A stretch of DNA of 64,000 nt from the human T2T-CHM13v2.0 reference genome, Homo sapiens. The stretch lies in assembly GCF_009914755.1 (NCBI RefSeq), contig NC_060929.1; one strand, written 5' to 3'. The notes beneath the pieces are model-generated. The model searched no databases. It was given only the letters and a program-made list of their open reading frames with translations, and was not told the origin of the DNA. The position numbers and the translations under genes were made by a program. This document shows positions 52,905-64,000 of this stretch, piece after piece (the stretch's first letter is position 1; every line of letters begins with the position of its first letter).

Positions 52905-53374
52905 CCATACAGATATCCAGCCCTGGAAAGTAAAAACAAGCTTCTTTTCTGAGCAGTTCATCATGTACTGTTTTCTTTCTGTGAACAGAAGATTTTAACA
53001 CTAAGACGATTTTATAGGCAGACACGTAGAAGAAGCTAGCAGAGGTTTCTTAAACCCATTTGTGCCTATAGAGCCATACAGTTACCCCGGCGTGAAAAAT
53101 ATTAACCACCTTTTTTTTTCTGAACACTTCATCATGTACTGTTTTTGCTCAGTGAATGGAAGATTTTATCACAAAGAGAAGTCTGTAGGCAAACATTTAG
53201 AAGAAACTGGCAGAAGAAGTTTCTTGGACCATATATGCCTACAGGGCCATACAGATGTCCGTCCCTGAAAAGCAAAAACAAGTTTCCTTTCTGAACAGTT
53301 TATCATGTACTGTTTTTGTTCAGTAAATGGAATATTTTAACACCAAGAGGAATTTGTAGGCAGACAGAAGAAGC
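52905..53374 (-). repeat. Diverged tandem array, 171-bp period, about 2.7 units, alpha-satellite-like
   Basis: The anchor ATCATGTACTGTTTT recurs at 52960, 53131 and 53302. The tandem structure is certain; the alphoid assignment is a by-eye alignment to a remembered consensus. Confidence 0.7.
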
Positions 53375-53489
53375 ACCATGAGCTCTTTACCAATATGCAA
53401 TGGATTTAATGTAAGCAAGTGGTTTAAGCCACTCGGATTTCTGGCTTGCTTGTTACTGCAGCTGAACTTAGCTTGTCTTCACTGGCACA
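53375..53489 (+). mobile_element. MLT1 LTR 3' remnant
   Basis: tttaagccact...ttgttactgcagc...acttagcttgtc...actggcaca. Confidence 0.6.
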
Positions 53490-54480
53490 GTTTCCTAATT
53501 CAAATTTAAATCTTTTGTAAAAGAGAACTATCTCTGTAGGGTAGACACTCTTATACTTCAGCCATAGACACATATCTCTCAAGGAGAAAGTATTCTTCTA
53601 GACCTCTCATGTTTTTATTTAAATTAATTTTATTATGTAACTTAAATATGTGCAAGCATAAAACTAGAGATCAATTCTTCATGCATAACAATGCTTAAAC
53701 AATGGTGAAACTAAATTGCAAACTAAATGAAAAAGAAAAACCCCACAAAACCAAAGATTTATAAGTAAACAATAATAAAATATACTGGATGACATTGTTT
53801 TGTGGAAACTGAATTGCCTCTCAAATATCAACATTGTTTTGAATTCAGTGGAGTAGATTCTTTTGGATATGGCATGCCTTTATAGTTATGCCATTTGTGA
53901 TGATTTAATTCTTCCACCACTTTTCTCTTTTTGTGAACCAGCACAAAACATTCCTTAGTTCACAGTATGTAGGAAAAGCTTAAAGGAATAATTTCAGTAT
54001 CAAATAAATTTCAGCCCCTTCTTACCAGCCTATGACAATTCAGAATTACCGCTGGCACCAATAAACATAAACTAAAATTTAAGCTCAGAAATTTCATGTC
54101 AGTCTTCAGTTTAAAGGTATTGCCCAGACGAATCTGTTTAACATTTTAAGATAATCACTGAAATGAAAACCCTAAGTTTTAAATTTCTTATTAACAACTA
54201 GGAAACTTCCCACTCTCAAGAACACATTTCAGATGCCACTGAAGTGCACACTTTAAAAACAGTTAGAGGAGTACATGTCATGTTAAGTATTAATATATTT
54301 TACCACAATTAAAAAAGATTTTTTCAGAAAGAATAGCACAAGTATGATGAGAATCTTATTGCTACTACAACTACAAATATTTTGATGCTGGGTGACCTTG
54401 AGGCAAGTTGCTTAACCTCTCTGAACCTCAGATAACTCATTTGCAAAGCAGTTCTGTCTTTGGTTTTTGTTTGCTTGATT

Positions 54481-54643
54481 GTTTTTTTTAGAGACAAGGT
54501 CTATGCTGCCCAAGCTGGAGTGCAGTGGCTGTTAACAGGTGTGATCAAAGATCATAGCAGCCTCAAACTCCTGGGCTCAAGTGATCCTCCTGCCTCAGCC
54601 TCCCAAGTTGCTAGGACTATAGGCTCAGGCCACCATGCCCAGC
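54481..54643 (-). mobile_element. Alu monomer (FRAM / AluJ right arm)
   Basis: Single-arm reverse Alu. Confidence 0.85.
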
Positions 54644-54907
54644 TTAAAGGGTTGTTTTGATGAACAAAAAGGAGAGAGTGAATGGAAGAGTCTATCACAG
54701 TACCAGTCTATGGAGAACTGCTTTGCATTTTCCTTCTGGGCAATAGCAAGGCTGCATTTCCCGGCTTCTGCTGAAGTCAGGCTGAGGTGGGATTGAAGAA
54801 AGCCATTTCCATAGTCCATCAATCCTCCTGCATAATCTTCCACTCTTTTTCTCCCCCTTCTGTGGGCTGAATCAGAGAATCTAACACTGGACTCCGATGC
54901 CCTCTGG

Positions 54908-55410
54908 CAAGACTTAGCAAATTTTCTCTGTAACAGGACAGATGGTAAATATTTTAACTTCATGGGCCATACAGTCTCTGTCACAACTGCTTCTCTCTAC
55001 CATTGCAACATGAGAGCAGCTACAAAGCACAGATGAAAGGGAAGTGAATAGGTGTGACTGTTCCAATAAAACTTTATTTACAAAAAAAGAATGTTTAAAA
55101 ACAGTAGGTTGGCAGAGGCAGGTGGATCATGAGGTCAGGAGTTCAAGACTAGCCTGACCAACATGGTGAAACCCCATCTCTACTAAAAATACAAAAATTA
55201 GGCGGGTGTGGTGGTGTGCACCTCTAATCCCAGCTACTCAGGAGGCTGAGGCAGGAGAATTACTTGAACCTGGGAGGCGGAGTTTGCAGTAAGCCGAGAT
55301 CGCGCCACTGCACTACAGCCTGGGAGACTCTGTCTCAAAAAAAAAAAAAAAACAAAAAACAGTAGGTAGGTTGGAATTGACCCATGAGCCGCAGTTTGCT
55401 GACTCCCACT
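54908..55410 (+). mobile_element. MER58A-like hAT MITE interrupted by an Alu
   Basis: gcaaattttctctgtaa...gtaaatatttta...gggccatacagtctctgtc...tgttccaataaaactttatttacaaaa...gcagtttgctgac. Confidence 0.8.
55111..55352 (+). mobile_element. 5'-truncated Alu (AluS-like)
   Basis: Starts mid left arm; TSD AAAAACAGTAGGT on both sides. Confidence 0.93.
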
Positions 55411-55869
55411 ATAGGGTATCTCAGAGTCACAAAATGGAAGGAGTCTGTGTCCATAAACTACTACATGAGGAAATAGACTTTGTATGAGCAAGACATGAAC
55501 ATCTATTTTGTCAAGTCACTGAAATTTTAGAGCTGTTTGACAATAGACTGCTCTAATACTCAAACACATAGATGGCTTTCTGTAAATACTATACTTCCCT
55601 TATCTCCCTACAGTTCCTTTAAAGACAGGGACTGTGGATTATTCAACTGTTTACCCTCTCCAGAGCCTTCCCAATACCCATTAATGAAATAATATAATTC
55701 CCATCAGAAAAATAATGATGTGTATGAAGAGATTAATGGATACAGCATCTATAACATTCTAAGTAAGTTGTCACTGCCTCCCCCTCCTTCATTCCACTGC
55801 CCTATTCCTAGACACATATTTGAGATGTTTTGTGCCCCATCCCAGATAACAAGATACATGTATCTGTGA

Positions 55870-56192
<323 letters not shown>

Positions 56193-56814
56193 TGAAAGAA
56201 GCTTGGCTACTGGGTCCATTTTATGTGAACATGTTGCTCCCTATTATAGTCAGTCCCTGGAACCCATTGTAAAGTCAGTTCTGGGTTTTTGCTTAGCTAC
56301 CATGTAGTAACAGTCACAGCCTGTCTCCTGTCACCCTAACACCATCACCATTGCCAGTGGATATTTTTACCCCTAGTTTATAGTTAGGAAGCCTGAGACC
56401 CAGAGGGATTAAAGAGCTTTTCCAAAATCATATGGCTGGCAACACTAGTAATCTGGGCTGCCTGAGTCCTAAACATCATTCTACCCCAGCATTGAATTCC
56501 GAGGCCTCTAGAATCTTACCTACCTTCCCTGTTTGAAATGTATTTGTGGGGGAACAACTGACCTCAGAATGAGTAATTTGTCACTACTCTGAGAAAGTTT
56601 CACCGAGTTTCACATTTTCCCATTACAAAAGGAAAATGAGAAAATATGTCCTAGATACTACAGAGAAAAATACTTCATTGTCTTAATTGCCTTTCTATTT
56701 CAATCAAGGAAGGCATTTAATTATTTCTGAACTACATTCAAAACTCTCTCTCAAGAATATTACTCTCCCCAGGTGAGTTAACCAAAGCTGTGCACAACAT
56801 TTCTCAATCTGAAT

Positions 56815-57060
56815 AATAACATCAAAAAATTTATTGAGCACTTTTTATATGCCAAACTAGTCAATTCTTTCTGTTTATGACCTCATTGATTCCTCATGGC
56901 AAGTTTATGAAGTGGAAGCAATCATTCTCTCTTCTAACAAATGAGGAAACTGAGGCACAGAGGGATGAGATAGTTTGTCTAAGATTGTAAGGCATTAGGT
57001 GGTGAAGTCAGCATTGGATCCCAGGCCAAGCCCGAGGCCATCACTCCACCATGCTGCCTC
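56815..57060. mobile_element. MIR
   Basis: atttattgagcact...tatgcca...atgaggaaactgaggcacagag. Confidence 0.75.
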
Positions 57061-57246
57061 TCAAGAGAAAGATTCAGTTTCCCCTTTGAGATATCCATTT
57101 ATAAGTACATGTGCCAAAGCAATGTGAAGAAACCAACCCAGATGACTTGATTAAGCTACAGAAGGGACATCTGGGGTCTCAAGCCTCTGGAAATCAAGGT
57201 GGAGCATGTAGAGGTTATGGGATCAGGAGAGACAGAGTTTGACTTC

Positions 57247-57539
57247 TTTGTTTTTTCTTTGAGACCAAGTCTTGCTCTGTTGCCCAGGCTGGAGTGCAGT
57301 GGTGTGATCTTGGCTCAATACAACCTCCACCTCCTGGGTTCAAGTGATTCTCCTGCCTCGGGCTACTGAGTAGCTGGGATTACAGGCGCACGCCATCAGG
57401 CCGGCTAATTTTTGTATTTTTAGTAGACACGGGGTTTCACCATGTTGGTCAGGCTGGTCTCGAACTCCTGACCTCGTGATCCACCTGCCTCGGCCTCCCA
57501 AAGTGCTGGGATTACAGGCATGAGCCACCGTGCCCGGCC
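57247..57539 (-). mobile_element. Alu (AluS-like)
   Basis: TSD GTTTGACTTCTT. Confidence 0.95.
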
Positions 57540-58622
57540 TGGGTTTGACTTCTTAAGCAACCTGAGGAATGATGTCCTTGCTGCTGAGCACAGCTGCCCT
57601 GGGCCCTGGAAAACCCACATGACACTCACTCAGCACCCAATGCTGGCTTCATCGTGGCTGTTGGAAACCATGTGGAAAAGAAATAACTTTTTTTGTGATC
57701 TGTACGTTATGGCTATTATTTTTTTACCTCGCTTAGCTTTTCAAGAGAATGAAGACCAGTCGACTTAGTATTTGTACTCTGAAATCGAATGGCATGAACA
57801 CATGTGTTGTATAAGTGAGAAGAAGTATTCTCTTGTGTGATGGACTATAGCCTTCAGAAAGCACCTACTATTAAACAGAATAGAGATTGGATTTTGAAAT
57901 ATGTAGGCCACATCAGTAGGAAAGTTGACACTTCAAATTGCTCACAAGGACTTTAAACTCTACAATAGGTAAAATGTGGAGTACCTTATGTTTTCAGACC
58001 AAATGATTTTGTAATTTGAATTCAAAATTTTTTTAGTCTTCACAGTAGTCTTAGCATTAAAAGCATAGTTATTTTTAATATTTTGATAAAATATTCTATT
58101 TCATTAATTTTGTATAAGGGCATGTGTGAGAAGCATTGATATTTTTAAAATATAAAAATACAGCCTCTTTCTAATAAGCAAGAGCAATTGTTGATTTTTA
58201 AATTTTGTGTTTTTGGAGGCTTCCATTCACAAATCTGATTGTTTAAATAAATCTGTCTCCAGTAAATATGTTGGCACTTAGACTACGACTTCAGTTTCTT
58301 ATGTTAAGATTTGTGGACTTCATACTGTCTTGAGATGTGCAAACGATTGTTGTTAAATAAGGACTTGGATAATATTCTTAAATAACTAGAATTAGATAAG
58401 AAATCTAAGCAAAGTTAATTTCCCCTTCCTTTTCCTTGATGCTAGTCCATAATCATATGCATAGTACTTCACATGCAGTTAAGCACTCAAATTCCATTAT
58501 GTTGTGGGGATATCATGCCAACTTGGATATACTCAAGAATGTGAAAGACCAAAAATAGTATCATTGAGCTTCTGGTTTCCAGCCATGGCAGCTAGGTCAT
58601 TCAAATCAACCCTCTACTACCA

Positions 58623-58627
<5 letters not shown>

Positions 58628-58668
<41 letters not shown>
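58628..58668. repeat. (CA)n microsatellite
   Basis: About 20 units. Confidence 0.95.
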
Positions 58669-58672
<4 letters not shown>

Positions 58673-59534
58673 AAATAAGTTTGAACTCTCCTGAAAAGGA
58701 CTGAAAAGAAAAAAACAACAGTCGGAAATTCCCAGGACAATTTGAGGGGACAGATTTGTAACCAGAAAAAGGACTGGAATATCAGACACGAAACCAATTA
58801 GGCCTGAAAGCATTTCTGGTTATCGTTCACTTGGGCTCTGCTCAGGGGCTGTATGGGGAGAGGCAGCAAAGGTCAGGACTCAAAGCCATCCAAGGTGGGA
58901 AATTTTTAGGAGACCTCCTCAAATTAAGCTAGGATTTCAATGAGAATCCACAGAACCAACAGAAGGCAGAAACATCTGCACTCCACTCCTGTATTGAAAG
59001 TATCATACAGACTGAAATATCACCATAGTTAACCATGTGTAAAGAAGTAAATGACAAACTCTACAATATCTGCAGGAAACAGAAAAACTATAAAATTTGT
59101 CATACCAGATTTGAAAAAAAAATTTTATAAATAAAGACTAAAATAATGTTAACAATTCAGTGAATGGATTCAACAGCAGATTGGATAAGAGAGAACTAAT
59201 GAATGGAAAGATAAATTAAACTATCCAACCGAAACATGGAGAAGGAAAAATAAAAACGAGAGTAAGACACAAGGAGGATATAGTGAGAAATCTAACATTG
59301 TGTCCTTGGGAGGAGAGGAAAGAGAAGATGAGGTGCAGGAAATGTTTGGAGAGAAAATGGCTGAGAATTTTCCAGAATCGAAGGAACATGTTAAATCTAT
59401 AAATTGAGGAGATCCAGAGAACCCCAAGCAAGTAAAATAAAATCTGCAACTAGATGCACTATAGTAAAATTGCAGAAAAACAAAAGTAAAGAGAAAAATA
59501 TTTAAAACAGCCAGAGGGAAAAAAGATAAGCTAC

Positions 59535-61250
59535 TTTTTTGTGTGTGTGTGAGACGGAGTCTCGCTCTGTCACGCAGGCTGGAGTGTAGTCGCGCAATCT
59601 CGGCTCACTGCAAGCTCCGCCTCCCAGGTTCACGCCATTCTCCCTCCGAGTAGCTGGGACTGCAGGCGCCCGCCACCACGTCCGGCTAATTTTTTTGTAT
59701 TTTTAGTAGAGACGGGGTTTCACCCTGTTAGCCAGGATGGCCTTGATCTCCTGACCTCGTGATCCTCCCGCCTCCGCCTCCCAAAGTGCTGGTGAGAGGT
59801 GACAGCATGCTGGCAGCCCTTGCAGCCCTCGCTCGCTCTCGGCGCCTCCTCGACCTTGGCACCCACTCTGGCCGCGCTTGAGGAGCCCTTCAGCTCGCTG
59901 CTGCTCTGTAGGAGCCCCTTTCTGGGCTGGCCAAGGCCGGAGCCGGCTCCATCAGCTTGCGGAGAGGTGTGGAGGGAGAGGCGCGGGCAGGAACCGGAGC
60001 TGCACGCGGCGCTTGCGGGCCAGCGTGAGTTCCGGGTGGGCGTGGGCTCGGCGGGCCCCGCACTCAGAGCGGCGGGCCCGCCTGCAAGCCCTGGGCAGTG
60101 AGGGGCTTAGCACCTGGGCCAGCAGCTGCTGTGCTTGATTTCTCACCTGGCCTTAGCTGCCCCCGCAGGGCAGGGCTCGGGACCTGCAGCCTGCCATGCA
60201 TGAGCCTCCCCCCACCTGCCATGGGCTCCTGCGCAGCCCCAGCCTCCTGGAGGAGCACCGCTCCCTGCTCCACGGCACCCAGTCCCATCGACCGCCTAAG
60301 GGCTGAGGAGTGCGGGTGCAGGGCGCATGGGACTGGCAGGCAGCTCCACCTGTGGCCCTGGTGCGGGATCCACTGAGTGAAGCCAGCTGGGTTCCTGAGT
60401 CTGGTGGGGACTTGGAGAACCTTTATGTCTAGCTAAGGGATTGTAAATACACCAATCAGCACTCTGTATCTAGCTCAAGGTTTGTAAACACGCCAATCAG
60501 CACCCTGTGTCTAGCTCAGGGTTTATGAATGCACCAATCGGCACTCTGTATCTAGTTAATCTGGTGGGGACTTGGAGAATCTTTATGTCTAGCTAAGGGA
60601 TTGTGAATGCACCAATCGGCACTCTGTATCTAGCTCAAGGTTTGTAAATGCACCAATCAGCACTCTGTGTCTAGCTCAGGGTTTGTATGTAAATACACCA
60701 ATGGACACTCAGTATCTAGCTAATCTAGTGGGGGGACATGGAGAACTTTTGTATCTAGCTCAGGGATTGTAAACCCACCAATCAGCACCCTGTCAAAACA
60801 GACCATTCAGCTCTCTGCAAAACAGACCAATCGGCTCTCTGTAAAATGGACCAATCAGCAGGATGTGGGTGGTGCCAGATAAGAGAATAAAAGCAAGCTG
60901 CCCAAGCCAGCAGTGGCAAGGGTCTGGAGTCCACTTCCACACTGTGGAAGTGTTGTTCTTTCACTTTTCCCAGTGAATCTTGCTGCTGTTCACGCTTTGG
61001 GTCCACACTGCCTTTATGAGCTGTAACACTCACCGCAAAGGTCTGCAGTTTCACTCCTGAGCTAGTGAGACCAGGAACCCACCAGAAGGAAGAAACTCCG
61101 AACACATCCGAACATCTGAAGGAAAGCGCTGTCTTTAAGAACTGTAACACTCACGGCGAGGGTCCGTGGCTTCATTCCTGAAGTCAGTGAGACCAAGAAC
61201 CCACCAATTCCTGACACACAGATTAGAGGCATGAGCCACCGCGCCCAGCC
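59535..61250 (-). mobile_element. AluY-like element split by LTR12 (59535-59792 and about 61221-61250)
   Basis: AluY-type caagctccgcctccc...ttcacgccattc and gttagccaggatgg; ...ccaaagtgctgg continues as gattagaggcatgagccaccgcgcccagcc after the LTR. Confidence 0.9.
59793..61218 (+). mobile_element. LTR12C-like (ERV9) solo LTR
   Basis: Starts TGAGAGGTGACAGC and ends CCAATTCCTGACACA; GC-rich 5' U3; tandem caccaatcagcactctgtatctagct repeats; AATAAA box 60886-60891. Confidence 0.93.
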
Positions 61251-61789
61251 TGATAAGTAACTTTTTAAAGAATGGCAATTAGAATGATTCCAACGAAGAG
61301 CTAGCTCTTCTCTCAGCAGCAGTAATGGTAGAGAGAAGATAGTGAAATGGTGTCTTAAGTGTACCAAAATAAAATCGTTGCCACATAGAATTCTACACCC
61401 AGTGAAAGTGAAACTAAACCTGACAGAATTTGTTGTCAGCAGATTCTCACTACAGAAAATCACTTGCTGTACTTAGGCAGGAAGACAATGACACCGGAAA
61501 GAAGATCTGAGATGCATCAAACTTTGTGGAACAAAGCAAGTAGGTAATGTGGGTAAACAAAATAAGCATCGACTGTATAAAATAGCAATGAGAATTTCTA
61601 GTGGGGAAAAGGGGGGATTGATTAAAGTACTGGACAACAAAAGCATATGAGTTTGAAGAAGGGAAATACAGAAATAATAAAAGGTTCTTCTTTGTGGTTT
61701 CCCTGTGTTCCACGTTTGTCCAGGAAGGGAATAACATTCTGATCACTTGTAAACTTTGGTACACTAATTATGGAGGTTGGAATTTCTAG

Positions 61790-62219
61790 GATTAGTTTCC
61801 TACCCCTGCCATAACAGAGTACCACAAACTGGGGGACTTAAACAACAGAAATATATTCTTTCATAGTATCAGAGGCTAGAAGTCCAAAATCAAGGTGTTG
61901 GCAGGGCTATGTTCTCTCTGAAGGCTCTTGGGAAGAAGCCCTCTTTGCTTTTTCTAGCCTCTAGTAGTCTCAGGCATTCCTTGGCTTGTGGCAGTATTAC
62001 TCCAATCTCTGACTCTGTCTTCACTGGGCTATCTTCCCCATATGTCACTGCCATCTCCTCTTACTAGGACGCCAGCCATATTGGATTAGGTTGCACCCTG
62101 ATGACCTCATCTTAATTTGATTACATCTGCAAGACCCTATTTCAAAATAAGGTTACCGAGTGGAGGTGGGAGGTTAAGTCTTCAGTGTATCTTTTGGAGG
62201 GAAACAATTCAATCCATAA
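61790..62219 (-). mobile_element. MLT1B/C-type MaLR solo LTR
   Basis: attagtttcc...taccacaaactgg...cttaaacaacagaaat...agaagtccaaaatcaaggtgttggcaggg...acaattcaatccataa. Confidence 0.85.
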
Positions 62220-62284
62220 TATAAGGTAACAACTACACATTATAGAACTAGCGTGTGTTACTTCCAAATGAGTAGGGGAAATTT

Positions 62285-62674
62285 CAGCAGTCCCTCCTTA
62301 TCCCAGGTTTCACTTTCCTGCGTTTCAATTACCCAGGGTCAACCATGATCTGAAAATAGGCAAGTATATGTCTCTAAAAGAACCATTGAGTTAAAAAAAA
62401 ATTGAAGAAAATAGATGAGTATAGTACAATAAGATATTCTGAGAGAGACCACACTCACATAACTTTCATTACCGTATGTTGTTATAATTGTTCTATTTTA
62501 TTATTAGCTATTGTTGTTCATCTCTTATTGTGCTTAATTTATAAATTAAACTCTATCATAGGTAAGCATATATAGCAAAAAACATAGTATTGATAGGGTT
62601 TGGCACTATTAGCAGTTCCAGTCATCCACTGGGTGTCTTCAAAAGTATGTCCTGTGAATAAGGTGGGACTACTG
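62285..62674 (+). mobile_element. MER44A-like Tigger MITE
   Basis: TIRs CAGCAGTCCCTCCTTAT ... ATAAGGTGGGACTACTG followed by TA. Confidence 0.85.
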
Positions 62675-62718
62675 TAATGGAATAATGATAAATATTCAGG
62701 ATTAAAAATCATAATGAT

Positions 62719-63027
<309 letters not shown>

Positions 63028-63029
63028 TG

Positions 63030-64000
63030 ATATCAAAACCTAACAAAAACAGTGTAAGAGAAGAATATAGGTTAATCCTATTCATTAACCTAGATTTTTA
63101 AAAATTTAAACAAAATATTAACAAATTGAATTCACAATATACAGGAAGGACAATAGCTCATGAACAAGTAGAATTTATCCTTTGATTTTAAGGTTGATGT
63201 AACATAATGAAAAGCAAGTAATTCACCACATTAATAGGTTAAAAGAGGAAAATCATATTGTCTTCATCACAATAGAAGCAGAAAAAAAGTTGTTAATGTA
63301 GATAATAATAGTACATACTACTTAGCTTTATTGTGATGATAAAATGAATCTTTATCTAGTAATTAGTGCCTGGCATGTAGTAAACACTCAATAAAATCTT
63401 ATATATAATCACTATTTATAAACTCTAACAGGCATTTTACACACATGTACAGAAGATACCCAAATGGCTAACCACACATAAGAAGGTGCTCAACTGTATT
63501 ACAATTCAGGCAAATACAAAATAAAACCAGAGTAAGATAGTCTTATACCTATCAAACAGGCAAAAGTTAGGCTGGGTGCGATGGCTCATGCCAGTAATCC
63601 CAGCAATTTGGGAATATGAAGTGGGAGGATTGCTTGAGCCCAGGAGTTAGAGACCAGTCTGGGCAACCACGGGGAGACCCCATCTTTACAAAAAAAAATT
63701 TTTTTTAATTAGCTGGATGTGGTGGCACATGCCTATGGTCCCAGATCTTCAGGAGACTGAGGCAGGAGGATCACTTGAGCCCAGGAGGCTGAGGCTGCAG
63801 TGAGTCTGTCTGGGTCACAGAACAAGACCGTGTTTCAAAAAAAATAGTCAAAAGTTTAAAAGACTGACAATGCAAGTGTTACTTAATACATGTGAGAACT
63901 CTCATACACTGTTAATAAGTACAACCACTTTGGAACCAAGTCTGACATTATTTACAAAATATTTTACCCTATAATCTAGAAATTTCACCTCTAGGTATAT
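63030..64000 (+). mobile_element. Old L1 ORF2 / 3' fragments (interrupted by an Alu)
   Basis: aaacaaaatattaacaaattgaatt...taattcaccacattaatag; agaagatacccaaatggc; acaaccactttggaa. Confidence 0.65.
63570..63845 (+). mobile_element. Alu (AluJ-like)
   Basis: ggaggattgcttgagcccagg is J-type; TSD CAAAAGTT. Confidence 0.9.

Larger units (their letters stand above)
54690..55560 (+). mobile_element. Old MLT1 LTR interrupted by MER58A and an Alu
   Basis: ttccttctgggca...ctgcatttccc on the left; cagagtcacaaaatggaaggag...aagtcactgaaatttt...taatac on the right. Confidence 0.6.
59030..61600 (+). mobile_element. Old L1 (L1M) ORF1-region remnant interrupted by AluY and LTR12
   Basis: gaatggattcaacagcagatt...aatggctgagaattttccagaa...agaaccccaagca...aaaacagccagag; resumes after 61250 with tagaattctacacccagtgaaa. 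Confidence 0.7.

Noticed and set aside
52905-53374. Functional centromeric sequence or a repeated protein domain
   Set aside because: Under three monomers, highly diverged, with no CENP-B box; the short ORFs end in stops and are not in a continuous frame.
60420-60860. Regularly spaced repeats resembling a repeat-spacer (CRISPR-like) array
   Set aside because: These are the normal LTR12 U3 enhancer repeats; there are no unique spacers and the context is eukaryotic.

Overview
Primate (human-like) genomic DNA containing the 5' end of the COE-family transcription factor gene EBF1 on the minus strand; from recall this is the 5q33.3 locus. Six coding exons with canonical GT-AG boundaries were rebuilt directly from sequence: 40274-40141, 37932-37776, 37208-37145, 36477-36422, 25540-25467 and 14266-14198. 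They total 554 nt (residues 1-185 of the N-terminus and DNA-binding domain, including the H157/C161/C164/C170 zinc knuckle). The gene continues beyond base 1 through a long intron 6. A CpG-rich, probably bidirectional promoter lies at about 40.7-41.9 kb, and a candidate distal promoter at about 45 kb. A divergent plus-strand lncRNA is inferred at about 41.3-58.3 kb (probably LINC02202, from recall). The introns are AT-rich and largely transposon-poor. The upstream 48-64 kb is dense in Alu, MIR, L1, L2, MLT1, MER and LTR12 elements, several of them nested. I cannot establish a new biological system. The best leads are: (i) a degenerate 171-bp-period array at about 52.9-53.4 kb that aligns collinearly by eye to alpha satellite; (ii) an exact PORE Oct-dimer site next to exon 5, with other paired octamers in the introns; (iii) tandem STAT5-type GAS sites in intron 6; and (iv) isoform-control signals around exon 1 and exon 6. 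Repeat subfamily names come from remembered consensus sequences and their boundaries are approximate.
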